DNA from: an uncultured Dehalococcoidia bacterium
Lineage (GTDB): Bacteria > Chloroflexota > Dehalococcoidia > Lucifugimonadales > GCA-2712585
Assembly: GCA_964397605.1 (NCBI GenBank)
Contig: CAYNJI010000001.1
Span: 2,234-30,758 of the forward strand
DNA: 28,525 nucleotides
Direction: 5' to 3'
Both the position numbers and the translations under genes were made by a program. Every line of letters begins with the position of its first letter. Positions within the stretch are counted from its first letter, which is position 1. Below are positions 1 through 7,693 of the stretch, piece by piece. Below the pieces are notes generated by a model that ran no database searches, was not told the DNA's origin, and was given only the letters and a program-made list of their open reading frames with translations.

Positions 1-242
1 TCTGCCTTGCCTTCTGCATGACGCCTTTTGAGATATCTTTCTGCTAGCATCTCTCCCCCTTCTTGTATCAACACCGTCGAAGCCGTGACGAATACAATAA
101 CCGGCGCCAAGCCGTCTAAGACGTCCATGAACGTGGTTAGGGCATCCGTTGGATTGGATATTAGTTCATGGTAGACGCGGAAACCGGCAAGTAACAGGAA
201 CTGAACAAGGAATATGACGATATATCGAACTTCCCGGTTCAT
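1..242 (-). CDS. Hypothetical small membrane protein, partial (runs off the left edge)
   Basis: Translated by hand and absent from the ORF track. ATG at 242 gives 80 open codons: MNREVRYIVIFLVQFLLLAGFRVYHELISNPTDALTTFMDVLDGLAPVIVFVTASTVLIQEGGEMLAERYLKRRHAEGKA... There are two hydrophobic stretches followed by a charged tail. Confidence 0.6.
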   Translation of the reverse strand, partial: MNREVRYIVIFLVQFLLLAGFRVYHELISNPTDALTTFMDVLDGLAPVIVFVTASTVLIQEGGEMLAERYLKRRHAEGKA

Positions 243-588
243 CCCCACTACTAGTATCGCCTAATTCGACGCTTCCGGATATTCGGTTGTGTTCGAGGAC
301 TTAATCAAGATTAAATCGGCGGTTACCTCCGCAGACTTACTCTATCAACGGATGCTAAACCCGTCAATGAGTGGGCCGAGTGAATGGAACTGAATGATAA
401 GGGGGAGGGCAAGTGTTCAATGAAGACATCTGTCTTTCCTGGAGTGACGTCATGCCCGCGGGGATGGTGAGAGCATGGGGACTATATTCCTAGCGAAGCC
501 TCGAAGTCACAGATTGGGCGTGGGTTGTGGAATGGTTGGTGGCGCGGGCGTCTTCATGGGGCTGATGGGATAGGATTAGTCGGTGTTG

Positions 589-1098
589 TCAGGCGGGATC
601 CGTGCCTATCAGCACGGCAGCCATAACGCATGGCTCCGTCCCCCGATTGCGCCATGTGTGAACCGTGCCGCGCTGGATCAGCGTGTCCCCCGGTTTGAGA
701 AGGGTCTCGTCGCCGTTCCCCATCTTCGCCCACACCTCCCCGGAGAGGATTATTATCATGTCCACTGTGTCGCTGCGGTGCATGCCAAAATCATTCGAGT
801 CCAGGTCTACGGTAGCTCCCATGTAGTCGCGGGCCTCCCCAGGGTTCTCCCGAAGGGCGGACTCCGGTGGAAGCTTCACCATTCGGAAGACGAGGCTGCC
901 GGTCTTGGGGAAGCCGCCGCCGGTGGTGAGGGCCCCGTCGTCGGAAAGACCCGGAGGGATCGACGCCATCTCCCAAATATCAACTGCCCAGCCTCCGAGG
1001 GTCTCGCTGGCCTTGGTGAATGGAGCCGGGCCGTCGCTGCTGAATATGTCCTGCCCGTCTTGGTCAACTCCTGTAACTACGCGTCGGATACCCTTCAT
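589..1098 (-). CDS. Cupin-domain protein (Cupin_2 type)
   Basis: RRVVTG N-terminus; GMHRSDTVDMIIILSGE and GDTLIQRGTVHTWRN cupin metal motifs; AAGGAG RBS upstream. Confidence 0.88.
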   Translation of the reverse strand: MKGIRRVVTGVDQDGQDIFSSDGPAPFTKASETLGGWAVDIWEMASIPPGLSDDGALTTGGGFPKTGSLVFRMVKLPPESALRENPGEARDYMGATVDLDSNDFGMHRSDTVDMIIILSGEVWAKMGNGDETLLKPGDTLIQRGTVHTWRNRGTEPCVMAAVLIGTDPA

Positions 1099-1154
1099 GG
1101 ACTTTACTCCTTAGGTGACATTGAGGAATCAATCCGCATCTTAGCGAATTGCAC

Positions 1155-1190
1155 AAAAAAGCAGAAGGCCCCTCGTAACGAGGGGCCTTC
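1155..1190 (-). terminator. Intrinsic terminator downstream of the Rdx selenoprotein gene
   Basis: Perfect 12-bp stem GAAGGCCCCTCG/CGAGGGGCCTTC (1164-1175/1179-1190) with a 3-nt loop, followed on the minus strand by TGC-TTTTTT. Confidence 0.85.
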
Positions 1191-1211
1191 CAAAATGGTC
1201 ATATGGTGCAA

Positions 1212-1487
1212 CTAGGCGGCGGCGACCTCAAGGGAGTCCACCTTGGCCTGAATAACGTCGCGAAGCTGCTTTACCCGGGTCAGGTCGGGGTACTTGCCAT
1301 CTTCTTCTGAGCGGTCGAAGATCTTCTCGCCGTCCAGATAGACCTCCAAGCGGCCATTGGCCCCGGGGGTCAGAGAGATGCCGGCGTCGGCGCCGAAGTA
1401 TCGGTAGAACTCATTCGCCATCCACGTGGCGGTGGCATGGTACTGTCAAGGTACACAATAGACGATGTCGATATTAACTTTCCACAT
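1212..1487 (-). CDS. Rdx-family (SelW/SelT/SelH-like) selenoprotein, 91 aa, Sec at codon 14
   Basis: The ORF-track fragment (1212-1421) extends in frame through TGA at 1446-1448 to an ATG at 1487 with a GAGGGG RBS: MWKVNIDIVYCVP-U-QYHATATWMANEF...ISLTPGANGRLEVYLDGEKIFDR...YPDL. The I-x-YCxxU motif and the G..GRLEV..DG...PD C-terminus match the Rdx family. Confidence 0.9.
1416..1431 (-). promoter_or_regulatory. Candidate bacterial SECIS hairpin
   Basis: mRNA CGCCA-CGUGGA-UGGCG: a 5-bp stem with a G-containing loop, starting 14 nt after the in-frame UGA. Paired by hand. Confidence 0.5.
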
Positions 1488-1543
1488 AGCAAGTCCCCTC
1501 TAAGCTAGGTTTCCGGGCCCTTAGCGTAGGCACGGTTATCTAC

Positions 1544-1571
1544 AGTTTAGCGTGTGTACCGTCGGTGTCAA
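1544..1571 (-). promoter_or_regulatory. Sigma70-type promoter for the selenoprotein gene
   Basis: TTGACA-16 nt-TAAACT on the minus strand. Confidence 0.6.
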
Positions 1572-1604
1572 GGGAGTGGGGGAGCCAAATTTGGGTAACT
1601 GCGC

Positions 1605-1633
1605 TTGACACCCCCTTGGGTTGGGGGTAGCAT
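1605..1633 (+). promoter_or_regulatory. Sigma70-type promoter for the protoglobin gene
   Basis: TTGACA-17 nt-TAGCAT, back-to-back with the selenoprotein promoter. Confidence 0.65.
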
Positions 1634-1687
1634 CGGCCACGTTCACGGCAGAGCGGGCCCACTACCAAATAGGATTGAACAGGAAGA

Positions 1688-2227
1688 ATGACTACGACTG
1701 GCAAGGAGAGGACTAACTGGCCGGAACGACTGCGAGAGGTTATCAGGTACGTTAACCTGACGGAGGAGGACCGGAGCTCGATACGAGCCACGGGTCCTAT
1801 TGTCCGACGCTACTCGAACCAGCTGACAACTGAAGTCTACGACCTCATCTTCGAGTTTCCCAACGCAGGCCGGTTTTTTTCCTACGACGACGGCACGCCG
1901 GACCCCAAGCGGGTTAAGGACAACAAGGACTCTATGATGCAGTGGCTGAACTACCTGTCTGAGGCCCCTTCCAACGATGCCTTTGCCCGGTATCTTATTT
2001 CGGTGAGCGCTATGCATCGGGACATCCCGATACACCGTCCGGGGCTGCCGCCGGTGCCCTCCCAGTTCGTCATTGGCACCATATCCTTCTACCAGACACG
2101 TTTGATAGAGATATTCGAGGACGAGTTGGGAGACTTGCGGAAGGCGGCAAAGGCCAGCGTGGCGTGGAACAAGATGCTGATGGTGTCGCTGGATATCCTC
2201 CTGGGAGCGTACCTGCTGGACTCCTAG
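1688..2227 (+). CDS. Single-domain protoglobin / globin-sensor family heme protein
   Basis: YVNLTEED...IRAT start typical of sensor globins; B-helix VYDLIFEFP..RFF; proximal His in VSAMH; no fused output domain. Confidence 0.8.
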   Translation: MTTTGKERTNWPERLREVIRYVNLTEEDRSSIRATGPIVRRYSNQLTTEVYDLIFEFPNAGRFFSYDDGTPDPKRVKDNKDSMMQWLNYLSEAPSNDAFARYLISVSAMHRDIPIHRPGLPPVPSQFVIGTISFYQTRLIEIFEDELGDLRKAAKASVAWNKMLMVSLDILLGAYLLDS

Positions 2228-2371
2228 GTGCCGTGGGGACTGCCCCGTCCGGAAGCGTCGAGAGCCGCGGAGTTGAAAGCCTAGTATCAACCGCCCGTCC
2301 CACTTGATGCTTTTGGAATGAAAAGCGTTAACTCGCCCCTCGACATGAAACTCCAGTTACATTTGGGTCAG

Positions 2372-2682
2372 TCAAATGCAATTTTTGGGGCGAAAAGTTT
2401 CTTTCGAGAAGTTGAAAGGATACTGGAGTATCTTTTAGAGAAGAAATTTGGCGGCAAGAGAAACTTTTCGGTCCGAAAGTTTTCAAAGTTAGCTGATTTG
2501 TTACTGGAGTATCCTTTTGCGAAAAGAGTAAACTTCAAAGTGTACTTTTTGGCCAAAAAGTTTCATTTCCCAAATCGGTTTGTTATTGGAGTATCTTTTG
2601 GAGAAGATATTTGGAGCCAAGAGATACTTTTAAGCCAAAAAGTTTCTAAACTTCGTTGATTTGTTACTGGAGTATCTTTTGC
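2372..2682. repeat. AT-rich degenerate tandem array, 81-82-bp period, about 3.8 units, with internal palindromes
   Basis: Core TGGAGTATC(C)TTTT at 2424, 2505, 2587 and 2668 (spacing 81/82/81). Units 2424-2504 and 2587-2667 match at 66 of 81 positions. About 36% GC counted over 2401-2640. Confidence 0.85.
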
Positions 2683-3824
2683 TGAACAGACTGGGCCCTA
2701 ATCCACACGGAACGCTGGTTCCCACCATTGATAATCAGAAAGCCTTCGTTCCCGCGGCACTCCCCAAGGAGTTGCGGCTCAGCCCTCATCTTGTGTGGGT
2801 TCTAGACAAGGCATCCAGGGCGGTGGCTTCTCTGGCGGCTCTAGGCGAATACATTCCAAATCCCCACTTGCTTATTCCTCCCATGGTGCGGAGAGAGGCT
2901 CTCTCGTCTTCCCGTATTGAAGGCACGGTCGCATCCTTGTCCGATGTGCTTTCCCACGAGGCAACCCGCAGAAAACCGCCTAACGACGACGTGCAGGAAG
3001 TCATCAACTACGTTAAGGCTCTTGAACTAGGCATTGAGTTGCTGGAAGAGCTGCCCATCTCTTACCGGTTGGTCAATCAGGTTCACGGCCGACTCCTGTC
3101 CGGAGTGCGGGGACGGGAAAAACACCCGGGGGAATTTCGCAGGGAGCAGGTTTGGATAGGCGCACCGGGATCGTCAATTGGAAACGCTAGGTTCATTCCG
3201 CCACCGCCGGATAGGCTACGCGATCTGTTCCAAGACTGGGAAGAGTTCGCCAGCGAGCCTTTGGAGACGCCTCCCCTGGTGAGATGCGCCCTCCTGCACT
3301 ATCAGATAGAGGCCATCCATCCTTATCGAGACGGCAACGGAAGAATTGGGCGTTTGCTTATTACCCTGTTTCTGAAGGAGAGCAGCGTTCTGACCACTCC
3401 CCTTCTATATCTGAGCGCCTACTTCGAGCGGGACCGGCAGCGCTACTACGACGAGCTTTTTAACGTCAGCGTCACGGGAGACTGGGAAAGGTGGCTTGAG
3501 TATTTTCTAACCGGAGTGTATCAAGAGTCGCTAGACGTGGTGGCGCGCATTAGGCGACTGAGGGATATGCAGGAAGGATATAGAGCCGAACTGCTGGGCA
3601 GAAGGGCGCCGGCCAGCGAATCTCTTCTGGTGGATGAACTCTTCGCCAATCCCTTTATGACGGTGCGAAGGGCCAGTGAAATTCTGGATATGACGCCGCC
3701 CGGGGCGCGTAGGGCGTTGGGCAGACTGGCTGACGCGGGAATTGTACGAATTCGTCCCAACCAGAGGCCGCAACTGTACGTGGCCGAGGAAGTGCTGGAA
3801 ATTCTGGACGCCGACGAACTTTGA
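2679..3824 (+). CDS. Fic family protein (N-terminal Fic_N region, Fic core, C-terminal winged HTH)
   Basis: Catalytic HPYRDGNGRIGR matches HPFxDGNGRxxR. An autoinhibitory-type SSRIEG (S/TxxxEG) lies N-terminal to it, and the tail is HTH-like (FMTVRRASEILDMTPPGARRALGRL). The start is uncertain: TTG 2679 has GGAG 6 nt upstream, while the ORF track uses TTG 2661. Confidence 0.92.
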   Translation: MLNRLGPNPHGTLVPTIDNQKAFVPAALPKELRLSPHLVWVLDKASRAVASLAALGEYIPNPHLLIPPMVRREALSSSRIEGTVASLSDVLSHEATRRKPPNDDVQEVINYVKALELGIELLEELPISYRLVNQVHGRLLSGVRGREKHPGEFRREQVWIGAPGSSIGNARFIPPPPDRLRDLFQDWEEFASEPLETPPLVRCALLHYQIEAIHPYRDGNGRIGRLLITLFLKESSVLTTPLLYLSAYFERDRQRYYDELFNVSVTGDWERWLEYFLTGVYQESLDVVARIRRLRDMQEGYRAELLGRRAPASESLLVDELFANPFMTVRRASEILDMTPPGARRALGRLADAGIVRIRPNQRPQLYVAEEVLEILDADEL

Positions 3825-3862
3825 CCGTCTGGCGCGTTGAAGACGCATAGAGGGATTGAAGG

Positions 3863-3937
3863 TGGAGCGGGCGATGGGATTCGAACCCACGACTTTTTGC
3901 TTGGGAAGCAAACACTCTGCCACTGAGTTACGCCCGC
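3863..3937 (-). tRNA. tRNA-Gly(CCC), CCA encoded
   Basis: GCGGGCG acceptor stem, TAACTCAGTGGCAGAG D arm, TTTGC-TTCCCAA-GCAAA anticodon arm, GGGTTCGAATCCC T arm, ending in TCCA. Confidence 0.97.
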
Positions 3938-3968
3938 AACGTTGAGGGAAGGCCGAACCTAGACAAGG

Positions 3969-3998
3969 ATGGTAATACGGCCCTCTGAACGTTGTCAA
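3969..3998 (-). promoter_or_regulatory. Probable tRNA promoter
   Basis: TTGACA-18 nt-TACCAT on the minus strand, about 30 nt upstream of the tRNA. Confidence 0.5.
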
Positions 3999-4109
3999 TT
4001 GGAAGCGTGGGGTTCCACTGCTCATCAAGCACGCGTTATCTTCGTCCGTAGGCTGGCCCGCTCTTTGTGTGGCGGGTGAGAGGCGCGTCGCTTCCAGCGT
4101 CCACCCGTC

Positions 4110-4138
4110 TTGACACCTGGCCCCCGCTACCCTTTAAT
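4110..4138 (+). promoter_or_regulatory. Probable promoter for the small protein-amidase pair
   Basis: TTGACA-17 nt-TTTAAT. Confidence 0.45.
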
Positions 4139-4166
4139 CTAGCCAACCCCTCCTGAAAGGCCACCG

Positions 4167-4385
4167 ATGTCACAATCAACGCCGCCCCTCTTCCCGTCAC
4201 TGCCTCCTTCGAGGCAAGTGCTCCTCGATCAACTCACGCAGGCCGCGATAAGCCTCTGGGGGGAGAAGCGGGCCGACGCCCTTTCGGAAATCCTGGAGGA
4301 ACACGCCGAGCGGCTGATCGATCTCTCCTCAGTAATACCGCCCAGCCAGGAAGCGCCCACAATGGCTTGGCAGAACCACCCGTAG
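4167..4385 (+). CDS. Small helical protein upstream of an amidase (possible GatC/AtzG-like partner)
   Basis: 72-aa ORF with a GAAAGG RBS and amphipathic helices, directly upstream of the amidase. The function is inferred from position only. Confidence 0.6.
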   Translation: MSQSTPPLFPSLPPSRQVLLDQLTQAAISLWGEKRADALSEILEEHAERLIDLSSVIPPSQEAPTMAWQNHP

Positions 4386-4469
4386 AGGTTCCCCCCTCAT
4401 CCGTTGCGAGATGCTCGTGCAGCCGCGCAATCCATGAATCGCAGTATTATCACACGTAGAGGACTCACA

Positions 4470-5828
4470 TTGACCGAACCCCACCAACTAACCATCGCCC
4501 AGGCCGCCACCGAAATAGCCGCCCGTCGGCTCACATCCCAGAAGCTAGTTGAAGACCTGCTGAGTCGCATCGACAAGCTGGACTCGCGGCTCAAGGCCTG
4601 GGTAACGGTGGACGCTGAAGGGGCCCTGGAGTCGGCGCAGGCCCTGGACCGCGAGCTTGAGGAACGCGGCCCGCGCTCTCCCCTCCACGGCATCCCCCTG
4701 GGCATCAAGGACATCTACTATACGGCGGGCCTGAAGACCACGGCCTGCTCCAAGATTCTCGCTGACTTTACCCCCAGCTACGACGCCGCATCGGTGGCGC
4801 GGCTGCGGGAGGCAGGTGCTATCATCTTGGGCAAGACGGTCACGACGGAGTTCGCCTCCGGCGACCCGCCACCGACGCTAAACCCTTGGCGGGCCGCCCA
4901 CACTCCCGGAGGTTCCAGCAGCGGCTCCGCAGTGGCAGTGGCCGCCCGGATGTGCCCTGGGGCTATGGGTTCGCAAACGGGCGGGTCCATTCTTCGCCCC
5001 GCCGCCTACAACGGCATCGTTGGCTTCAAGCCCACCTTCGGACGCATCAGCTGTTTTGGCGTCATCCCCCTGGCATGGTCTCTAGACACCATTGGGCCCA
5101 TGGTCAATAGCGTGGAAGACGCCGCCATCATGCTTCAGCATCTGGCGGGCTACGACCCGCGGGACTCCGGCTGCGCCGACGTTCCAACGTCTGACTATCT
5201 CAAGGCACTGGACCGGCTGGTCAGCCCACCTCGGATTGGCGTGATCGGCGGCTTTTTCAAGGAGCGGGCCGAGCCGGAGGTTTGGAGTCACGCCGAGGCT
5301 GTGGCCCAGAAGTTTGCCGCCGCTGGGGCCGTGGTCGAGATTGTGAAGCCTCCTCCCAGCTTTGCCAACGCTCACACCGTGCAGTGGGTTGTCAACAACG
5401 CGGAAACGGCGGCCTACCACGAGGAGAATTTCCGAAAGCGGGCCGACGATTACAGCGAAGTTCTTCGGCGGCGCATTGAGGTTGGCATCCTGACTCCTGC
5501 CGTGAGCTACATCCAGGCCCAACGACTACGCCGCGTCTTCCGTCGGGAGATGGAGGAGCTTGCCCGTGGGTGGGACCTCCTGCTAACACCGACCACGCCG
5601 ACGCCGGCTCCTCGTGACCTGAGCACCACGGGCGACCCCGTGTTCCAGAGTCCGTGGACTTCCTGTGGACTGCCTACAATTACCATCCCCTCCGGCATTA
5701 GCCCATCCACCGGTCTGCCTCTGGGCACACAGCTGGCCGCCCCGCCCTTCGAAGAGGCCCATCTGCTGGCCGGGGCCAAGTGGTGCGAAGGCGTGTTAGA
5801 CCTGCACTTCGCCCCGCCGGTCGTCTAG
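4470..5828 (+). CDS. Amidase-signature family enzyme (GatA/AtzE-like paralog)
   Basis: GIPLGIKDIY (catalytic Lys), PGGSSSGS and GSQTGGSILRPAA (Ser-cisSer-Lys triad). The likely start is TTG 4470 behind AGAGGA; the ORF track starts at 4404. Confidence 0.92.
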   Translation: MTEPHQLTIAQAATEIAARRLTSQKLVEDLLSRIDKLDSRLKAWVTVDAEGALESAQALDRELEERGPRSPLHGIPLGIKDIYYTAGLKTTACSKILADFTPSYDAASVARLREAGAIILGKTVTTEFASGDPPPTLNPWRAAHTPGGSSSGSAVAVAARMCPGAMGSQTGGSILRPAAYNGIVGFKPTFGRISCFGVIPLAWSLDTIGPMVNSVEDAAIMLQHLAGYDPRDSGCADVPTSDYLKALDRLVSPPRIGVIGGFFKERAEPEVWSHAEAVAQKFAAAGAVVEIVKPPPSFANAHTVQWVVNNAETAAYHEENFRKRADDYSEVLRRRIEVGILTPAVSYIQAQRLRRVFRREMEELARGWDLLLTPTTPTPAPRDLSTTGDPVFQSPWTSCGLPTITIPSGISPSTGLPLGTQLAAPPFEEAHLLAGAKWCEGVLDLHFAPPVV

Positions 5829-5832
5829 CAGT

Positions 5833-6687
5833 CTAAGCCAGGAAGTCCAGCAATGCCCGGTTAAACACCTGGCTGACCTCCAAATGCGGCCAGTGCCCGC
5901 ACTTCTCGAAGATCCGCAGGCGTCCTTCGGGCATCAGCCGCGCTGCCCGCTGCCCGTGAGCTAGGGGGAAGATGCGGTCTTCACTCCCCCAGAACACCAT
6001 TGTAGGGACCTGAAGCTCGCCGAGCCTGGGAGTTAGGTTTATCGAAGGCTTGATGCCCAACAGCGAGACCCCGGCTCGCAGCATCTTGAGCATGGCAGCG
6101 CTGTTTCCGGGGCGGCTCCGCTCCTCATGAATCAGGGTTATCAGCCTGTCAGTGACGTGGGCTCGATTGTGGAACACCTGGCGAAGCACCCATTGGGTGG
6201 CGGCAGGCCGGTGGCTGACTAGGAATTCTCCCAGCATCGGCACGGACATAATGCGGAGGAATCCAGCAACCTCGCGTCCTAGCCCGGCCGCGTCTTCGAG
6301 GACCAGACGGCGAACCCGCTGAGGGTGTTCCAAAGCCAAAGCCAAGGCTATGAGCCCGCCCAGGGAGTTTCCGACTAGGGAGGCGCGCTGGAGGCCCAAC
6401 GCGTTCATGAACTCTTCCAGGAAGTGTACGGAGCCTTCCAGAGAGTATTGCCACGGGGGTTCGTCCGATGCTCCGTGGCCGGGCAGGTCTGGGACGTACA
6501 CGGTATACCCCCGGGCCAACGTTTCCACGTTCGCATACCAGATCACGGCGGCTTCCCCCAGCCCGTGTAGCAGAATTAGGGGAGGTCCCGACCCAGCCTG
6601 AAAGTATCGCACCCGGGTGTCTGCCGCAGTGACCCACTTCTCGACACCGGACATCTTCAGGGGCGGCTCGTATTCCGCAGCGGTCAT
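5833..6687 (-). CDS. Alpha/beta-fold hydrolase
   Basis: LLHGLG oxyanion motif, GNSLGG nucleophile elbow, WGSED acid, CGHWPH catalytic His. The likely start is ATG 6687 (track 6723). Confidence 0.9.
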   Translation of the reverse strand: MTAAEYEPPLKMSGVEKWVTAADTRVRYFQAGSGPPLILLHGLGEAAVIWYANVETLARGYTVYVPDLPGHGASDEPPWQYSLEGSVHFLEEFMNALGLQRASLVGNSLGGLIALALALEHPQRVRRLVLEDAAGLGREVAGFLRIMSVPMLGEFLVSHRPAATQWVLRQVFHNRAHVTDRLITLIHEERSRPGNSAAMLKMLRAGVSLLGIKPSINLTPRLGELQVPTMVFWGSEDRIFPLAHGQRAARLMPEGRLRIFEKCGHWPHLEVSQVFNRALLDFLA

Positions 6688-6742
6688 GATAGGTAAAGTG
6701 TACCCGCCATCGCCAGCCGCCACAACAACAGGCGGGCCTTAG

Positions 6743-6771
6743 TTGACGGTCAACCCTTTCGGGCCTAAGCT
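6743..6771 (+). promoter_or_regulatory. Promoter giving a near-leaderless acVLRF1 transcript
   Basis: TTGACG-17 nt-TAAGCT, with the ATG only 12 nt after the -10 box and no SD. Confidence 0.55.
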
Positions 6772-6783
6772 GACGGAAGTTCC

Positions 6784-7563
6784 ATGGACGCTGCCGCCAG
6801 AACCCTATTGATGTCCCAACGAAGGCTGGAGACCTTGCTCTCCGTGCTGGACGAGGTCCCGCCCATGGACGCCCTGACCCTGTTGCTTGCGCCCGGAGAC
6901 TCCCTGGACGACGTTCGCCCCGCCGATGAGCAGCAGGCCCACTGGCTGGAGGAGATACGTGCAGTCGCTCCGGCACAGATTTGGGAATCAGAGACGGGCG
7001 CCGTCCTCTTCTGGAGCGAACAGCTAAAACTGTCCGTGATGCCGTCCTTTCCGCTGGAGGCATCGGCTCGACGAATCGGCATCCGAACTGCCGCCCTTCG
7101 AAGTCTGTTGAATCGAGAACCGGTCATTGCCGTGATGCTGCTGCGGCTGGGCAGCTACTCCGTTGGCGTCTTCCGAGGGCGGCGACTTCTGGACGCAAAG
7201 ACGGGAACCCGGTACGTGAAGGGACGCCACAGCGCGGGCGGAACGTCGCAGCGTCGGTTCGCTCGTGTGAGGGAGAATCAAATTCATCACCTGTATGTGA
7301 AGGTCTGCGGAGTTGTGCGGCAGAAGTTGGAGCCCTACAAGGAAGAGCTAGAGCATATTTTTCTGGGCGGCGAGCGGCACACACTAACGGGCTTCGTGAA
7401 GGAGTGTCCGTTCCTTCAACGACTCGAGCCTTTGATTTTCGGGCGTCTTCTGCCAGTGGGGGAACCTCGAAGGCGGGAGTTGGAGCGGATGCCAAATGAG
7501 ATTTGGAAAAGTAGGGTGACGGTCTTCCGTCTGCCGGAAGGGTTCCCCTTCGACGGGCTGTAA
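6784..7563 (+). CDS. acVLRF1 (Actinobacteria/Chloroflexi Vms1-like release factor 1 family) peptidyl-tRNA hydrolase
   Basis: LLRLGSYSVGVF...KTGTRYVKGRHSAGGTSQRRFARVRENQ is the eRF1/Vms1-clade catalytic loop (GGxSQRRF), followed by the LGG motif (IFLGGER). Confidence 0.85.
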   Translation: MDAAARTLLMSQRRLETLLSVLDEVPPMDALTLLLAPGDSLDDVRPADEQQAHWLEEIRAVAPAQIWESETGAVLFWSEQLKLSVMPSFPLEASARRIGIRTAALRSLLNREPVIAVMLLRLGSYSVGVFRGRRLLDAKTGTRYVKGRHSAGGTSQRRFARVRENQIHHLYVKVCGVVRQKLEPYKEELEHIFLGGERHTLTGFVKECPFLQRLEPLIFGRLLPVGEPRRRELERMPNEIWKSRVTVFRLPEGFPFDGL

Positions 7564-7693
7564 TCCGCGTCCCTCATCCGCGTAAGATAGTACAAAGTGA
7601 CGCCATGGCATTGATACGCCGGCGTTGGGGCTGATAACATCTTTCTGTCACGTCTTGAGAATCGAACCAACCACCCCGTTAACGTTAAACAGA

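Noticed and set aside
243-582. ncRNA or gene in the 340-nt intergenic stretch, including the TTAATC-AA-GATTAA dyad at 301-314
   Set aside because: There is no credible ORF or recognisable RNA family, and a single 6-bp dyad is within chance.
2291-2304. ACCGCCCGTCCCAC as an att-site duplicate of the tRNA-Gly 3' end
   Set aside because: It is short, mismatched and on the opposite strand from the tRNA; a true att duplicate would be a direct repeat.
2318-2659. 113-aa (+) and 62-aa (-) ORFs across the repeat as real proteins
   Set aside because: Their K/F-rich sequence simply reflects the A/T tracts. The 82-bp unit breaks the 27-codon periodicity, and there is no recognisable domain or RBS.
2372-2682. 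CRISPR array interpretation of the 81-bp repeats
   Set aside because: The would-be spacers are homologous to each other (two units 81% identical), so they are not unique spacers. There are only about 4 units and no cas genes in the window.
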